Origin: Euryarchaeota archaeon UBA256
Lineage (GTDB): Archaea > Thermoplasmatota > Poseidoniia > Poseidoniales > Poseidoniaceae
Length of the DNA stretch: 64,000 bases
Assembly: GCA_002494645.1 (NCBI GenBank)
Contig: DACE01000010.1
Span: 80,559-144,558, forward strand
Direction: 5' to 3'
Below are positions 39,527-50,663 of the stretch, piece after piece; the stretch's first letter is position 1; each line of letters starts with the position of its first letter. The position numbers and the translations under genes were made by a program. The notes beneath the pieces were generated by a model. The model ran no database searches and was not told the DNA's origin. It saw nothing but the letters and a program-made list of their open reading frames with translations.

Positions 39527-42058
39527 TCATTGATAACTGGCCAGGTGGAGGACCACCGTACCTGCATCGTAAGTCAACCACATGGTTGCAAGAGGTTCTT
39601 GAGGTGGAGAAAGTGTCAGCGTCGTGCTGCCTGATGAAAGTGCATCACCGTCCCAGTCATGCGTCCAGTCATCTCCAAATCCACCCTCTCTTGCCAAACG
39701 GAAAGGAACCGATTCATTGGTTGGGTTGTGGAAGGTGATCGAATCCATACCTGCGTTGAGGAATGTCCCATTATAGGCGATTGCCCAAGGAGTTGTCCAA
39801 AACCGAGTGGTCGAATTCATCCAAGTCACGAGGAGTTCTGGCCCGTTCATGGCGGTAAAATTCAACCGAGGGTACGGTGAAAAAGGGTCATTACATACGG
39901 TGATGTTGGCTCCATTTTCAACGTGAAGCGTTAGATTCTGATCCCCATCAATGACGGGAATTGAACCTACTGAACGGATACTCGTATCCCAAATCCAAGC
40001 TCCTTCTGAGGGGCGAGCAGGTGGACTTACACTGGCGTTGATGGGGCAGAAGGCTTCATTCTCCAACAACACGCCACCTTCACCCAAGAGAGCACCCCAA
40101 GATTGGAACTCATCACCCGTAATGGTCCAGCCGTCCTCGGGCACATAGGCGATACGCGGCCCACTGGCGGGCAGAAGTGGAGTGAAGGTGTCGTTATTGA
40201 TGTGGATGGTGGCCATACTTGGTTCAAACACAAGTGGGTCGAGACCACGTAAACAAAAGACATCGGGCACGTCCAGAAGTGATGCATTCATGCCGGATTC
40301 ACCATCAATTTGAACGAGTGATGTTTGAATTCCTTGGAGTTGGGATTCAGTGATACTAAGGTTGAGTTCAACGGATTGGATGAGTTCACCAAAAAGGTCA
40401 ACGCAGCGCAATACTGCATCGCCCGAATAAAGGTCGTACCATGTCTCAGCAGGGACGACTTCGAGAGCAGGACGTACCTGCATGGGCTCGATGTAGTAAT
40501 TGTCATTCATCTCGACAATGTATGAGAAATTCGCTGCAGTCGGTGCCTGAGAACCCACCCAAGTGAGATTTAGCCAGAAAATTGCCGTTCGTTGAGGCAA
40601 CAGGTCCGATCCACACCCAAACCCGTTTATTTGATGCATTGATTCGCCATCACAATCCCATTCAACCTCCCAATTCGTACGTTGCTGCTCAAAGAGTGCG
40701 TGTATGGCGTAGGGTTGCCGCAAGGATGACGGATTGGTAATTCGAACCTCATTATGTGACTTCCAGGTCATGTTCTCATCAAACACTGCTAACTCTGGTG
40801 ATACGAGAACATAGGACATATCGGCATCCCATGATTCATCATGAAGAACGGGCTGTTGTGCAGGCAGTAAAAAGAGGAAGGTGATGAGTAAAAGCATGCC
40901 CATTTTCCGGTGATCATCTTCGCTCAAACCCGATGTCTCGTCCAAGATGAGTGGAATACGGATGTCGTTGCCGAAAAAGAAGAGGAGTGGTAATAAGAGC
41001 GCCAAGACAAGATACCACAACGAGAATCCTCCAAAGACGTCAAACAAATAGGCGAAGAGTAAGATGGTCACAAAAAGAAGGCTTTGCGTACTTGAACTTC
41101 GAGCGTCGAGCAGACCCATTCTCGCAATCAGCAGACGACCTCCTGGGAAGGTCGGAATGGGTAGAAGAGAAATCCAAGAAAAGAGAATGAGCATGCCACC
41201 TGCATGAACGAATGGATGAGCCCATGCCATTCTGATGATGGCATCCTCAGCGATGAATTCTGTTGCGATGAGGCTCAAGAATACTGGTGATACGGTGATA
41301 AGCGGCATGGCTGTTGACTCGAGGTACTCTGGCGTGAGGCCAATGCCCAACATCAAGAGAATGATTCCAGCTACACCGAGAACGAGTGGCACAGAAAGAG
41401 CGGTGTGGCCGAGTGCGGCCCGATTAGGCCAGGGGCGCGCATCCATTCTGGGCATGGTTGGAATCAGAAGAATACCGAAGGGCCAAAACAGCCACTCCGC
41501 GGGGAAAAGACCGAGGGCGTAAAGCGCTATGGTGAAGTCTGGAACAGGCATGATATGTCCGCTGCGAACGCCAAAGCGATGAGCGATGCGCCGTTGAATA
41601 AACGAGGCAAAAAGTAGAACGCCGATAATTGGCAAGGTATAACCGACAAGAGCATCCACAAATGAAGACGAATGAAACCACCCGTCATCGGGACGAGCCG
41701 AACGCATCCACACATCGCCAGCAAGGGTGAGAGTCAAAAACGAGAGCACCCAAAAGAGAAACACGCTGTTCAAGCGTGGGAATTGACGTTCTGGAGCGGG
41801 AAGTACCGTCAACACCCATTCATCATCCCGTGTTAACTTCGCCATCCATCCCAAGCGTTCGAGATGCTTGTTAATTCTACTCAATTCTTCATTGATTTCC
41901 ACTCCATCCTTGGGCATGACGCACCAAGAAGGCCACCTGCCACCGTTATCGCTCAGGATGTGAACGTAGGTTGAGAGGATGGATTCAAGCAAATCATGCT
42001 GTGTCCAAGCACGCTTGTGATGTGGAAGGGAATCTTCGGCAGTCACTGACTCGTCCAT
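39527..42058 (-). CDS. site-2-protease (M50)-like polytopic membrane protein with degenerate zinc-ligand motifs and a ~430 aa C-terminal extracytoplasmic domain
   Basis: TM core with IAHRFGV where S2P has HExxH, and SLLPIPTFPGGRLL where S2P has NxxPxxxLDGG. A large Thr/Trp/Asn-rich C-terminal domain follows. Confidence 0.5.
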   Translation of the reverse strand: MDESVTAEDSLPHHKRAWTQHDLLESILSTYVHILSDNGGRWPSWCVMPKDGVEINEELSRINKHLERLGWMAKLTRDDEWVLTVLPAPERQFPRLNSVFLFWVLSFLTLTLAGDVWMRSARPDDGWFHSSSFVDALVGYTLPIIGVLLFASFIQRRIAHRFGVRSGHIMPVPDFTIALYALGLFPAEWLFWPFGILLIPTMPRMDARPWPNRAALGHTALSVPLVLGVAGIILLMLGIGLTPEYLESTAMPLITVSPVFLSLIATEFIAEDAIIRMAWAHPFVHAGGMLILFSWISLLPIPTFPGGRLLIARMGLLDARSSSTQSLLFVTILLFAYLFDVFGGFSLWYLVLALLLPLLFFFGNDIRIPLILDETSGLSEDDHRKMGMLLLITFLFLLPAQQPVLHDESWDADMSYVLVSPELAVFDENMTWKSHNEVRITNPSSLRQPYAIHALFEQQRTNWEVEWDCDGESMHQINGFGCGSDLLPQRTAIFWLNLTWVGSQAPTAANFSYIVEMNDNYYIEPMQVRPALEVVPAETWYDLYSGDAVLRCVDLFGELIQSVELNLSITESQLQGIQTSLVQIDGESGMNASLLDVPDVFCLRGLDPLVFEPSMATIHINNDTFTPLLPASGPRIAYVPEDGWTITGDEFQSWGALLGEGGVLLENEAFCPINASVSPPARPSEGAWIWDTSIRSVGSIPVIDGDQNLTLHVENGANITVCNDPFSPYPRLNFTAMNGPELLVTWMNSTTRFWTTPWAIAYNGTFLNAGMDSITFHNPTNESVPFRLAREGGFGDDWTHDWDGDALSSGSTTLTLSPPQEPLATMWLTYDAGTVVLHLASYQ

Positions 42059-42122
42059 TCATCTGCCCCCCTTGTCAAACCGGTGAGGCCCATCCCCAAT
42101 GAATCCCTCGTTAAAGCGGAAC

Positions 42123-42749
42123 TCACTTATTCTTGAATCGCTTCAAACGGAATGTCTCTTCCCGCTCCATTTCTTCAAGACGAAGTTGGATGAAGACTTT
42201 CGCTTCTTCAAGTTCTGGGATGACTTTGAACTCCAAAGCATTGACACGCCGTTTGGTAGCTTCAATTTCAGCAAGAAGGCGCTTCAATGTAGCCTCCATT
42301 TCAGATGCCGTCACGATCTTCTCAATCAGTTCACTGAAGGAATCACTTGCCTCATCAATGTAGGGTGAAGAACCAATAAAACCGATTCCTCGCTCAGCAA
42401 AGGTTGACTTGAGATTGGTACCAGTCACGCTGGGGACAACCACTCCCATGATGTTGCGGCGTTCAACTTCAACTTCCGGGTGTGCAGAGTTGGCAATAGC
42501 AGCGGCTCGAACGGCCAATCCACCTTCAATGGCATTAGCGAGGTCGATACGAGTTTTGGCCAGTGCATAGGCGGCGGTCAAATCTCGCTTGGCTTCAATC
42601 ATTTCAGCAAGAAGTTGTCTGAATTCATGGAACAAACCGTCACGCTTCATTTTCAGAAGTTTGTAACCGTTTTTTGTTTGTTTGATACGGCCTTTGAGCT
42701 TGATGAGTTCGCTGCGGGTTGGTTTAATGTCCAATGCCATCGATCTCAC
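42123..42749 (-). CDS. atpD: A-type ATP synthase subunit D
   Basis: MALDIKPTRSELIKLKGRIKQTKNGYKLLKMKRDGL...; final gene of the atp operon. Confidence 0.85.
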   Translation of the reverse strand: MRSMALDIKPTRSELIKLKGRIKQTKNGYKLLKMKRDGLFHEFRQLLAEMIEAKRDLTAAYALAKTRIDLANAIEGGLAVRAAAIANSAHPEVEVERRNIMGVVVPSVTGTNLKSTFAERGIGFIGSSPYIDEASDSFSELIEKIVTASEMEATLKRLLAEIEATKRRVNALEFKVIPELEEAKVFIQLRLEEMEREETFRLKRFKNK

Positions 42750-42774
42750 CTCGTTCTTCGTTCACCGTTGTCGT

Positions 42775-44154
42775 TCAATCGCGATTGTCGGGATGGTACT
42801 TTTCAATCCACTTCTGGTCGAGGCGGACAAGATACTTGGTGTCAATTGATGACATCAATGTCCAACACAAATCGAGGGTCTCCTCAATTGAGCGGTCCTC
42901 ATCACGGGTTTGGCGAAGGAACTTGTCCTCAAATACACCAGAGAAATCCAACAATTGCTTGTCACGCTCGTTGAGTGCATCTTCACCAACGATGGCAACG
43001 AGTCCTCGAAGTTCACGACCTTGAGCGTAGGCAGCGTACATCTGGTCGGAAACCGACTTGTGGTCTTCACGAGTCGTCTTCTCACCGATACAGGACCCCA
43101 TCAGTCGTGAGAGAGATGGAAGAACGTTGATGGGCGGATAGATACCCTGTTGGTGCAGTTCACGAGAAATCACAATCTGGCCTTCGGTAATGTAACCGGA
43201 AAGATCCGGAATTGGGTGAGTGATATCGTCACCAGGCATGGTCAAAATCGGGAATTGGGTGATTGAACCCTTCTTTCCTTTGACGATACCAGCACGCTCG
43301 TAGAGCATGGCTAAGTCAGTGTACATGTAACCGGGGTAACCACGACGTCCGGGGACTTCTTCACGTGCTGCACCGATTTGACGCAGGGCATCGCAATAGT
43401 TGGTCATGTCAGTATAGATGACCAGAACGTGGTAGTCTTTCTCAAAGGCGAGGTATTCGGCTGCTGTGAGAGCGAGACGAGGGGTGATGATACGCTCAAC
43501 TGCTGGGTCGTCAGCGAGATTAACGAACAACACAGCATTTTCCAAGGCACCAGTACGCTCCAAATCAGAACGGAAGAAGTTGTATTCTTCAGCGGTAATT
43601 CCCATTGCACAGAAGACAACAATAAATTCTTCATCGGAGTCCTTCAGTTTCGCTTGTCGAGCAATTTGCAGCGCAATGTCATTGTGTGGAAGACCAGACG
43701 CCGAGAAAATCGGCAGCTTTTGTCCACGAACAAGGCTCGTACACAAATCAATAGCTGAAACTCCAGTTTGAATGAAATCATTCGGGCTCTGTCGGCTGTA
43801 GGGGTTGATAGCAGCACCGATAATGTCTGCCTTCTCATCTGCAACGATTTCTGGTCCACCATCACGGGGGCGTCCTGCACCGTCGAGAATGCGACCGACC
43901 AAGTCAGTGCTTACGGGGAGTTTGAAGACATCGCCCATGAAGGTAACACCGGTTTCACGGTTGATTTTTGCAGTTCCTTCAAACACTTGGACAATCACCA
44001 AGTCGTCGGATGTGTCGAGTACTTGTCCGTTCTTGATGTCGCCATTTGCAAGGCGGAGTGTTACGATTTCACCAAAGGCAACAGGTTCAGTTTTGTTCAA
44101 AAAGACCAGCGGTCCTTTGACGTCAGTAATGGTTCGGTATTCTTTTCCAGTCAT
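42775..44154 (-). CDS. atpB: A-type ATP synthase subunit B
   Basis: Start set at the ATG at 44154 ([19 protein letters not shown]...), which removes the overlap with atpA; conserved B-subunit blocks throughout. Confidence 0.9.
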   Translation of the reverse strand: MTGKEYRTITDVKGPLVFLNKTEPVAFGEIVTLRLANGDIKNGQVLDTSDDLVIVQVFEGTAKINRETGVTFMGDVFKLPVSTDLVGRILDGAGRPRDGGPEIVADEKADIIGAAINPYSRQSPNDFIQTGVSAIDLCTSLVRGQKLPIFSASGLPHNDIALQIARQAKLKDSDEEFIVVFCAMGITAEEYNFFRSDLERTGALENAVLFVNLADDPAVERIITPRLALTAAEYLAFEKDYHVLVIYTDMTNYCDALRQIGAAREEVPGRRGYPGYMYTDLAMLYERAGIVKGKKGSITQFPILTMPGDDITHPIPDLSGYITEGQIVISRELHQQGIYPPINVLPSLSRLMGSCIGEKTTREDHKSVSDQMYAAYAQGRELRGLVAIVGEDALNERDKQLLDFSGVFEDKFLRQTRDEDRSIEETLDLCWTLMSSIDTKYLVRLDQKWIEKYHPDNRD

Positions 44155-44167
44155 GTCAATCCTCTCC

Positions 44168-45907
44168 TCAGTTGGTCTCCACCGCATCGGCAATTTCATC
44201 GTTCATTTTCTTGACCATTGAATCAATACGGTCAATGTATCCTTTCTCAAAGCGACCACGCATGAGGTCGGAACGAGCAGGGACGTTGACCACATCGTTC
44301 AGCAAAGCACCGTCCGCCATGGCGCTCTTTGCAGCGTCTTGGAAGGACAGAATGGCTTTAGCCATGTGGTATTGAAGGTGAATGTCACAGTAAGCATCAA
44401 CATCGTGGAATCCATTTTGTTGCAAGAAGAATTCACGAATCATTCGAGCGACTTCAAGGGTGAGTTGTTGGTCGACAGGAAGTGCATCGGAACCGACCAA
44501 TTGAACAATTTCTTGAAGTTCTGACTCAATTTGGAGCAGACCACTGATTTGGGTTCGGATTTCTGGGAAATCTTGGGCGATGTTGTCGCGGAACCACTGA
44601 TCCAAGCTTTGTGGATACAGAGAATACGAATTCAACCAGTTGATGGCAGGGAAGTGACGTTGACGAGCCAATCCTGCATCAAGACCCCAGAACACCTTGA
44701 CAATTCGAAGCGTTCCTTGTGAAACGGGTTCAGAGATGTCACCACCAGGAGGCGAAACAGCACCGATAACGGTAACAGATCCGTCATCGCCGTTCAGCGT
44801 CTCAACACGGCCTGCGCGTTCATAGAACTCTGCAATTCGAGACGAGAGATAAGCAGGATATCCTTCTTCACCAGGCATTTCTTCCAGACGTGATGAGATT
44901 TCACGCATGGCTTCTGCCCAACGAGAGGTTGAGTCGGCCATGAGGGCGACATCGTAACCCATGTCACGGAAGTATTCTGCAATGGTAATTCCAGTGTAAA
45001 CTGATGCTTCACGGGCTGCGACAGGCATGTTGGATGTGTTGGCAATCATCACGGTTCGCTCCATCAAAGGTTTTCCAGTGTTTGGGTCAATCAAGTGAGG
45101 GAATTCGTCCAATACTTCAGTCATCTCGTTGCCACGCTCTCCACAGCCGATGTAAACCACAAGTTGTGCGTCGGAGTACTTTGCAAGCGATTGTTGTGTA
45201 ACCGTTTTACCGGAACCGAATGGACCGGGGATTCCGGCTGCTCCACCCTTTGCGAGTGGGAACAGGAAGTCGAGAATTCGCATACCGGTCACAAGGGGTG
45301 TGTCAGGAGCGTACTTCTGTTGGAAAGGTCGGGGGGTTCGCACGGGCCACTTCTGCATCATTTGCATTTCAGTGCCGTCTTCGAGCACACAAACGGTTTG
45401 TGTGACGTTGAAATCTCCAGATTCAATGGACTTCACGGTGCCGCTGACGGTAGGGGGAACCATGATTTTGTGGATAATGGTGTCCGTTTCTTGAACGTGG
45501 CCAATCACCTGGCCGCCAACTACTGCATCGCCGGCAGCGACTTGTGGCTCAAAGGTCCAAATCTTTTCGAGGTCAAATGCATCTGCGTCAACACCACGGG
45601 TGATGAACACGCCCATTTCCTTCTCGAGAGTGGGCAGAGGACGCTGGATACCGTCGTAAATTTGAGTCAAGAGACCGGGTCCCAACGAGACTGAGAGGGT
45701 CTCTTCGGTGTTCAACACAGGTTCACCTGGTCGGATACCAGAGGTATCTTCGTAAACTTGGATGACGGCTTTCTCGCCGTGCAGTTCAATCACTTCACCC
45801 ATCAGACCTTCGTGGCCGACTCGTACAACGTCATACATTGCTGCGCTCATGCCAGTGGCGGTCACGACGGGCCCCGAAATTCGGTAAATTACTCCTTCAT
45901 TGCTCAT
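44168..45907 (-). CDS. atpA: A-type ATP synthase catalytic subunit A
   Basis: GPFGSGKTV Walker A, 579 aa, no intein. Confidence 0.9.
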   Translation of the reverse strand: MSNEGVIYRISGPVVTATGMSAAMYDVVRVGHEGLMGEVIELHGEKAVIQVYEDTSGIRPGEPVLNTEETLSVSLGPGLLTQIYDGIQRPLPTLEKEMGVFITRGVDADAFDLEKIWTFEPQVAAGDAVVGGQVIGHVQETDTIIHKIMVPPTVSGTVKSIESGDFNVTQTVCVLEDGTEMQMMQKWPVRTPRPFQQKYAPDTPLVTGMRILDFLFPLAKGGAAGIPGPFGSGKTVTQQSLAKYSDAQLVVYIGCGERGNEMTEVLDEFPHLIDPNTGKPLMERTVMIANTSNMPVAAREASVYTGITIAEYFRDMGYDVALMADSTSRWAEAMREISSRLEEMPGEEGYPAYLSSRIAEFYERAGRVETLNGDDGSVTVIGAVSPPGGDISEPVSQGTLRIVKVFWGLDAGLARQRHFPAINWLNSYSLYPQSLDQWFRDNIAQDFPEIRTQISGLLQIESELQEIVQLVGSDALPVDQQLTLEVARMIREFFLQQNGFHDVDAYCDIHLQYHMAKAILSFQDAAKSAMADGALLNDVVNVPARSDLMRGRFEKGYIDRIDSMVKKMNDEIADAVETN

Positions 45908-45935
45908 TTTTTCATCTCCTGGTTTGGTTGGAAGT

Positions 45936-46235
45936 TCACTTCCACAAATCGACTCCTATTGCCTTGCGAATGGTATCACGCAAAGCGGTGTCCTCCTCCG
46001 TACCGATGCCAAGAACGGTAGGAGAAACGGACGCAGAGAGTTGATCGCGCAACCGCTCTGGCAAGTCGGCAAGCATGGCGGAGTCGACCACCACGATACC
46101 AACTGACTTGTTGTTGAGTAGGGAACGAAGGGTTGAGTGCAGAGCCTCTTCACCTTCAGGATTGTGCAGGTCCGAGAGACCTGCGAGTTGGAAGCCCAAC
46201 GTGAATGCGGGGGAGCCGACGACTGAAATCTCCAT
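45936..46235 (-). CDS. atpF: A-type ATP synthase subunit F
   Basis: [20 protein letters not shown]...; size and position between atpC and atpA. Confidence 0.75.
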   Translation of the reverse strand: MEISVVGSPAFTLGFQLAGLSDLHNPEGEEALHSTLRSLLNNKSVGIVVVDSAMLADLPERLRDQLSASVSPTVLGIGTEEDTALRDTIRKAIGVDLWK

Positions 46236-46244
46236 ACGATCACC

Positions 46245-47294
46245 TCAAAGAACGTGAGCCTCCAACACTTCGGAAGACAAGCCCGCTAGACGACCTCGTA
46301 CAATCAGGCGCAAATCTGACACTTCCTGGACCTTCATGGCCACGTAATGAATGATCGGGAGGGCGGATACGGGATGGAGGTAGCTCATCCGTTGCATCAT
46401 AGCATACTCTCGTCCTTTCATCCATGTGACGACAGGGTCAAGACTTCGGGTGGAGGTAGCTTCCTCCAAGACGCTTTCGAACTCGGTCATGTCAAATCGG
46501 TCACCTGAACGAAGAAGGTCAAGCATGGCCTCACGACCACCGGTTGCAATGGATGAGAACATCCGTTTTGGAATCAGTCGGCCTCCGGGAATAAGCAAAT
46601 GAACGAGTTGTTCAGATGCAATGCCCGCAGAATCGGCTTCAAGGATATTGACGATGTTTCGATGGTCTATTTCTGCAGCAAACAACCTCGCTAAGAAGCG
46701 AGCTGGCGCTCCCTTCGACTGAATGAGAGCGCGTTGAGATGCTGCGTAATAATGACGGTCAAGAGCGTCTTCGTAATCTGCGAGTGAACCATCTTCAGGG
46801 ACCTTGGCGAGTGCGGTACCAAAGGACTTGCGTCGCATGAGTACCGCTGCTGCTCTTAGGTCATCACAACTTTCGACAACCTTGAGCCAAGGTGTGTTCA
46901 CATCGTTGATTTCTGGAAGGATACTATTGCCTACTTCTTCAACCGAAACTTCGTTGTGAATAGCCCTCAATACGGCTTTTGCATTTTGGTATTCGAAGCG
47001 TGAAGTGTAAATCTCAATCAAAGGGCGTATGCTTCGGTTGGACATGTTGACAATATCGGTGAGTTCACCCTCAAGATTGTGCGTGAGGGCAGCTTCAACC
47101 AAGTCTCCACCGCTGAGTTTCCCAGCATAGAGGTCTATTTCCGTACGATATCCGATGTCCCCCACAGCCACTGTCAACTGATCAACCGACTGGTTGATGA
47201 GTTGACGCAGACGCGCTCGGTCAGCCAACTTCTGCCGTCGTGCCTTGGCACGTGAGACGACATAGGGAGTGTTTCCGAGCATCATGAGATTCAC
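46245..47294 (-). CDS. atpC: A-type ATP synthase subunit C
   Basis: 349 aa helical protein in the conserved position between atpE and atpF. Confidence 0.7.
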   Translation of the reverse strand: MNLMMLGNTPYVVSRAKARRQKLADRARLRQLINQSVDQLTVAVGDIGYRTEIDLYAGKLSGGDLVEAALTHNLEGELTDIVNMSNRSIRPLIEIYTSRFEYQNAKAVLRAIHNEVSVEEVGNSILPEINDVNTPWLKVVESCDDLRAAAVLMRRKSFGTALAKVPEDGSLADYEDALDRHYYAASQRALIQSKGAPARFLARLFAAEIDHRNIVNILEADSAGIASEQLVHLLIPGGRLIPKRMFSSIATGGREAMLDLLRSGDRFDMTEFESVLEEATSTRSLDPVVTWMKGREYAMMQRMSYLHPVSALPIIHYVAMKVQEVSDLRLIVRGRLAGLSSEVLEAHVL

Positions 47295-47299
47295 CTTCT

Positions 47300-47863
47300 T
47301 TATCCAAACAGAGTTTCGTTAACCGCAGAGAGATGGTTGGACCATGCACGCTGCAACATGTTGTCAAAGCGCATATCAAATGATACAGAGCCATCTTCAG
47401 CCTCGAGGATAAATCCTCCGAGCCCCTCAACGCTCTCTGCGATCTTTCGGTCGCCAGCAGCCTTGGTGATAGCAGCACGGTCAAGTTCAACCGGTCGAAT
47501 GACAAATTTACCCTTTGCCAATTTCTCAGATTCGCTGAGAAGTGATTTCAAGAGCGCTGCTCGTCCTTTCATGCCGGGGTCGGCAATGTGGTCTCGGGCG
47601 GCATCAAGGGTTGCATCCAGTACCTTTCGTCGCGCCACGAGGATGTCCTGTTGGTTCGATTGTCGGGCGCTGGCAACCAACTCACGAGCGAGTTGGCCTG
47701 CTTCCTTTTCTGCACGCTGCTTTGCTTCAGTTTGCATGTCGCTGACTTTGGCTTCTGCATCGGCCAGCAGTTGTTTGGCCTCTGCTTTCGCAGCCTTAAT
47801 CAGCGCTTTCGCTTCTTTTTCAGCCGAAGCAGCAATGTCTTGGGCAAGTGTTTCTAATGTCAT
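47300..47863 (-). CDS. atpE: A-type ATP synthase subunit E
   Basis: A/E/K-rich N-terminal helix MTLETLAQDIAASAEKEAKALIKAAKAEAKQLL..., typical of the E stalk subunit. Confidence 0.75.
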   Translation of the reverse strand: MTLETLAQDIAASAEKEAKALIKAAKAEAKQLLADAEAKVSDMQTEAKQRAEKEAGQLARELVASARQSNQQDILVARRKVLDATLDAARDHIADPGMKGRAALLKSLLSESEKLAKGKFVIRPVELDRAAITKAAGDRKIAESVEGLGGFILEAEDGSVSFDMRFDNMLQRAWSNHLSAVNETLFG

Positions 47864-47923
47864 TCTTTCATCTCCTTCATCGTTCGTTCGATTGGGCCTT
47901 CGCCCAACGGAAACCGTTTCTCC

Positions 47924-48238
47924 TCAATTTCCGAGGAAAAGCGGAAGTGCACCGAGAATCACGATGGATTCTGGAAGAGCGGTGAAGATCAAAGCAACAC
48001 CGAACTTGCTGCCGTCTTCGGCAAGCATGCCAACAGCAGCGCTGCCGATAGCGGCTTGGGAGAATCCAGCACCAATGGCCGCAAGGCCAAGGGCTAGACC
48101 GACACCAACGTCGCCAGTCATTCCGTCAGTTGCACCCGAATCGGTTGTCTCTTCTGCAGCAACACCTTGGGCGACCAAGGCGAGCGTTAGCAAGACGATC
48201 AGTGTGCGTAGGCTTGTTTTCAGGGTATTCTTGTTCAT
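47924..48238 (-). CDS. atpK: A-type ATP synthase proteolipid subunit K (c)
   Basis: Gly/Ala-rich TM hairpin GLALGLAAIGAGFSQAAIGSAAVGMLAE with the conserved carboxylate (E). Confidence 0.8.
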   Translation of the reverse strand: MNKNTLKTSLRTLIVLLTLALVAQGVAAEETTDSGATDGMTGDVGVGLALGLAAIGAGFSQAAIGSAAVGMLAEDGSKFGVALIFTALPESIVILGALPLFLGN

Positions 48239-48268
48239 TTTTCTACCTCCTAGTTTTTGTCCGTGGGA

Positions 48269-50296
48269 CTATGATTGCCCCTCCGTATGGAGGGTGCGAC
48301 CGCCGAGTGGGGTAAAAACCCGACCGGAGCCGTCGTAGAACTTGCCCATCCACTCAACGAAGTGGAGACGGGCAGCGTGGATGCTCGGTGAGAGCAAGCC
48401 AAGCGCAAGTGCGAATGCTTGTATGAGGAGGAAAAGAACGGCACCAAAGAAGATCTCAATGATTCCAGCGCCAGTCGCCGTCATCATGTCCCACCCCATC
48501 ACGATGGAGACTTCTGCGATTTTGACGCCTGCGACCCCAACACCCATGACGCGGAGGTAAGAGAGGGTGTTGGCGAGAAGACCAAAGGTTTCGATAGGCC
48601 CCATAATCAGGCCACCGGCCCAACCAAACTTCTCAAACACTGCGAGACCAATGATGAGGCAAACGATACCGCCCAGAACAGCAAGTCCTGGAGCAGTTGC
48701 CGCAAAGACTGCATGGTCTCCCGTGAGGAATCCGTAGATGTGGATGAATCCACCCGTGAGGATGATGATCCAGCTTCCCTTCTCGAAGAAGGCAGCAACC
48801 AGGCCGTGTGCCTTGGCGACATTAACGAAGCCGATGATGAATCCGACCATCAAGTGAAACACGCCGAGGTAGACAGAAAGCAACACGTAGTCTTGAAGTG
48901 CCCCTGTCGCACGATGGAAGGGGATGTGAGTGTGCGTCATGTTGAGGGTCTCTGCAACAAAGGCAGGGAAGTGGATGTTATCGTAAGTCCACACATAGAG
49001 TCCGTCCAGTGGCGACCATGCTTCATCCCAAACAAATCCGAAGCCTTCAGCAAATAACAATCCCCAAATGATACACCATACGCCCATCCACTTCAGGATT
49101 GTGATGCCGTTTTTCACCACAGGGTCGGCGGCAAAGGGCTTGGTTCCGAGCCATATGCCCAAGAGAAGAATGATGAGACCGTAACCGAAGTCGCCCAGAA
49201 TTAGGCCGTAAATCATCGGGAAGGTGAACATCATGAGGGCAGTAGGGTCAAACGAGCCGTACGTGGGGCGTCCAACAAGGTCAACCATGAGTTCGAAGGG
49301 GCGGGATACGGGGTTGTTTTCGAGCGCCACTGGAGGAGACGGCTCATGGTGGTGATCGTCATGGTCGTCGTGATGATGGTCGTTGACGAAGGCCTCTACT
49401 TCAACATGCGAAGCGATGTCCTTCAACGCAGAGCGGATTTCACCGTCTTTAGAGGACGGAACCCATGCATCCAGAGCGAAGGCTTGACCGGTCACAGCCA
49501 TTTGAGTTGGAGCGGTGAATACCTCATCTTCTTTGGTGAGATATTCGTGGACGGCGAGGATGTTTCGGGCGTTATCCTTCGCCCATCGCTCGGACTTTTC
49601 TGCCGCAGAGTACATCATGGCTTCGATCTTCGAGCGGCGGGATGAGAGATTTTTGATCGCCTCACTTGGCGTGCCGTTCATGTCGGGAATTTGTACTGCC
49701 TTACCGCCCAGTTCACCCAAAGCCATCTGGACTTCAGCAGATTGTTCAGGCAAACATGCGACGGCGACGATTCCAGGTGCTGTAGCCATCTCGACCTTTG
49801 AGGCAAGAGCCCCGAATGTCCCTCGGGCTTTGCTGGACTTCTTCGTTTCAGCAACAAAGACTTCAACTCGGCCAGTTCCAGTGAGTAACTCCAAATCCAT
49901 GTTGAGAGGAGCAAGTCGCTGAAGAAGTTTCAATTGTTCGTCGAGCAGCGAGAGTTCAGACTCAGCATCTCGTTGTTCGTCGAGAAGGTCAAGCCCGTTT
50001 TGCAGTTTTTCGGGAAAATCACCAGCAATCAATTCTTTGATGCGGTGCAAAGGCACAGGGCCGTCTGCGTTTACAGGGTTGAAGGCCGAAACAGCAGCCC
50101 GTACCTTGGCAAGCAGTGCGCTTACTTCGTTGGCTTCGTCGCTCCCGATGGCTTGTCCAACGAGGACACCGTCTTCGAAGTTTGAATAGGCTTCAATATG
50201 GACGCAACCAGCGTTCGTACAGGCACGGAGAACATCCTCCATTCGATCGACGGGAGCAGCCACTGTCAAACGTGACATAGCTACCGTGTCGAACAT
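48269..50296 (-). CDS. atpI: A-type ATP synthase subunit I (a)
   Basis: Soluble N-terminal half plus C-terminal polytopic membrane half; 675 aa; contains the His/Asp-rich insertion DHHHDDHDDHHHEP. Confidence 0.85.
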   Translation of the reverse strand: MFDTVAMSRLTVAAPVDRMEDVLRACTNAGCVHIEAYSNFEDGVLVGQAIGSDEANEVSALLAKVRAAVSAFNPVNADGPVPLHRIKELIAGDFPEKLQNGLDLLDEQRDAESELSLLDEQLKLLQRLAPLNMDLELLTGTGRVEVFVAETKKSSKARGTFGALASKVEMATAPGIVAVACLPEQSAEVQMALGELGGKAVQIPDMNGTPSEAIKNLSSRRSKIEAMMYSAAEKSERWAKDNARNILAVHEYLTKEDEVFTAPTQMAVTGQAFALDAWVPSSKDGEIRSALKDIASHVEVEAFVNDHHHDDHDDHHHEPSPPVALENNPVSRPFELMVDLVGRPTYGSFDPTALMMFTFPMIYGLILGDFGYGLIILLLGIWLGTKPFAADPVVKNGITILKWMGVWCIIWGLLFAEGFGFVWDEAWSPLDGLYVWTYDNIHFPAFVAETLNMTHTHIPFHRATGALQDYVLLSVYLGVFHLMVGFIIGFVNVAKAHGLVAAFFEKGSWIIILTGGFIHIYGFLTGDHAVFAATAPGLAVLGGIVCLIIGLAVFEKFGWAGGLIMGPIETFGLLANTLSYLRVMGVGVAGVKIAEVSIVMGWDMMTATGAGIIEIFFGAVLFLLIQAFALALGLLSPSIHAARLHFVEWMGKFYDGSGRVFTPLGGRTLHTEGQS

Positions 50297-50305
50297 GGTA
50301 CCACC

Positions 50306-50632
50306 TCACTCCGAAGTTAATCCGTCAACAACCATTTGCACGGCTTTGTCCTGGTTTGAGGCTGAACTCTTCTCGATGGAGGCGACTTCTTTGGAGCCTT
50401 CCGCTTTGACCGAATCTGCTTCGGACTGAGCGCCATCACGAGCTTCGTCGAGGATTTTTTGAGTCATGGAAACCGAATCTTCGGCCGCAGATTGTACCAT
50501 CTCAGAGGATTTCTTACGAGCGTCCGACATGATTTTTGCCGCTTCTTCCTGAGCAGCAGCGAGGCGGGATTCAGCATCCTTTTCAGCGTTTTTGATGCTT
50601 CGGAGAACGTCGACCATACCCATGTAGAACAC
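50306..50632 (-). CDS. atpH: A-type ATP synthase subunit H
   Basis: Small helical protein; first gene of the operon. Confidence 0.65.
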   Translation of the reverse strand: MFYMGMVDVLRSIKNAEKDAESRLAAAQEEAAKIMSDARKKSSEMVQSAAEDSVSMTQKILDEARDGAQSEADSVKAEGSKEVASIEKSSASNQDKAVQMVVDGLTSE

Positions 50633-50663
50633 CTGTTAATTCGCCTCAGCAAAAGGGGGTTTA

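Noticed and set aside
44168-45907. Possible intein in atpA
   Set aside because: 579 aa product is colinear with intein-free A subunits; no extra insertion.
47337-48338. 333 aa plus-strand ORF (Ser/Ala-rich) spanning atpE-atpK
   Set aside because: It is antisense to the A/E/K-rich atpE and to atpK, and low-complexity Ser/Ala-rich; a shadow ORF.
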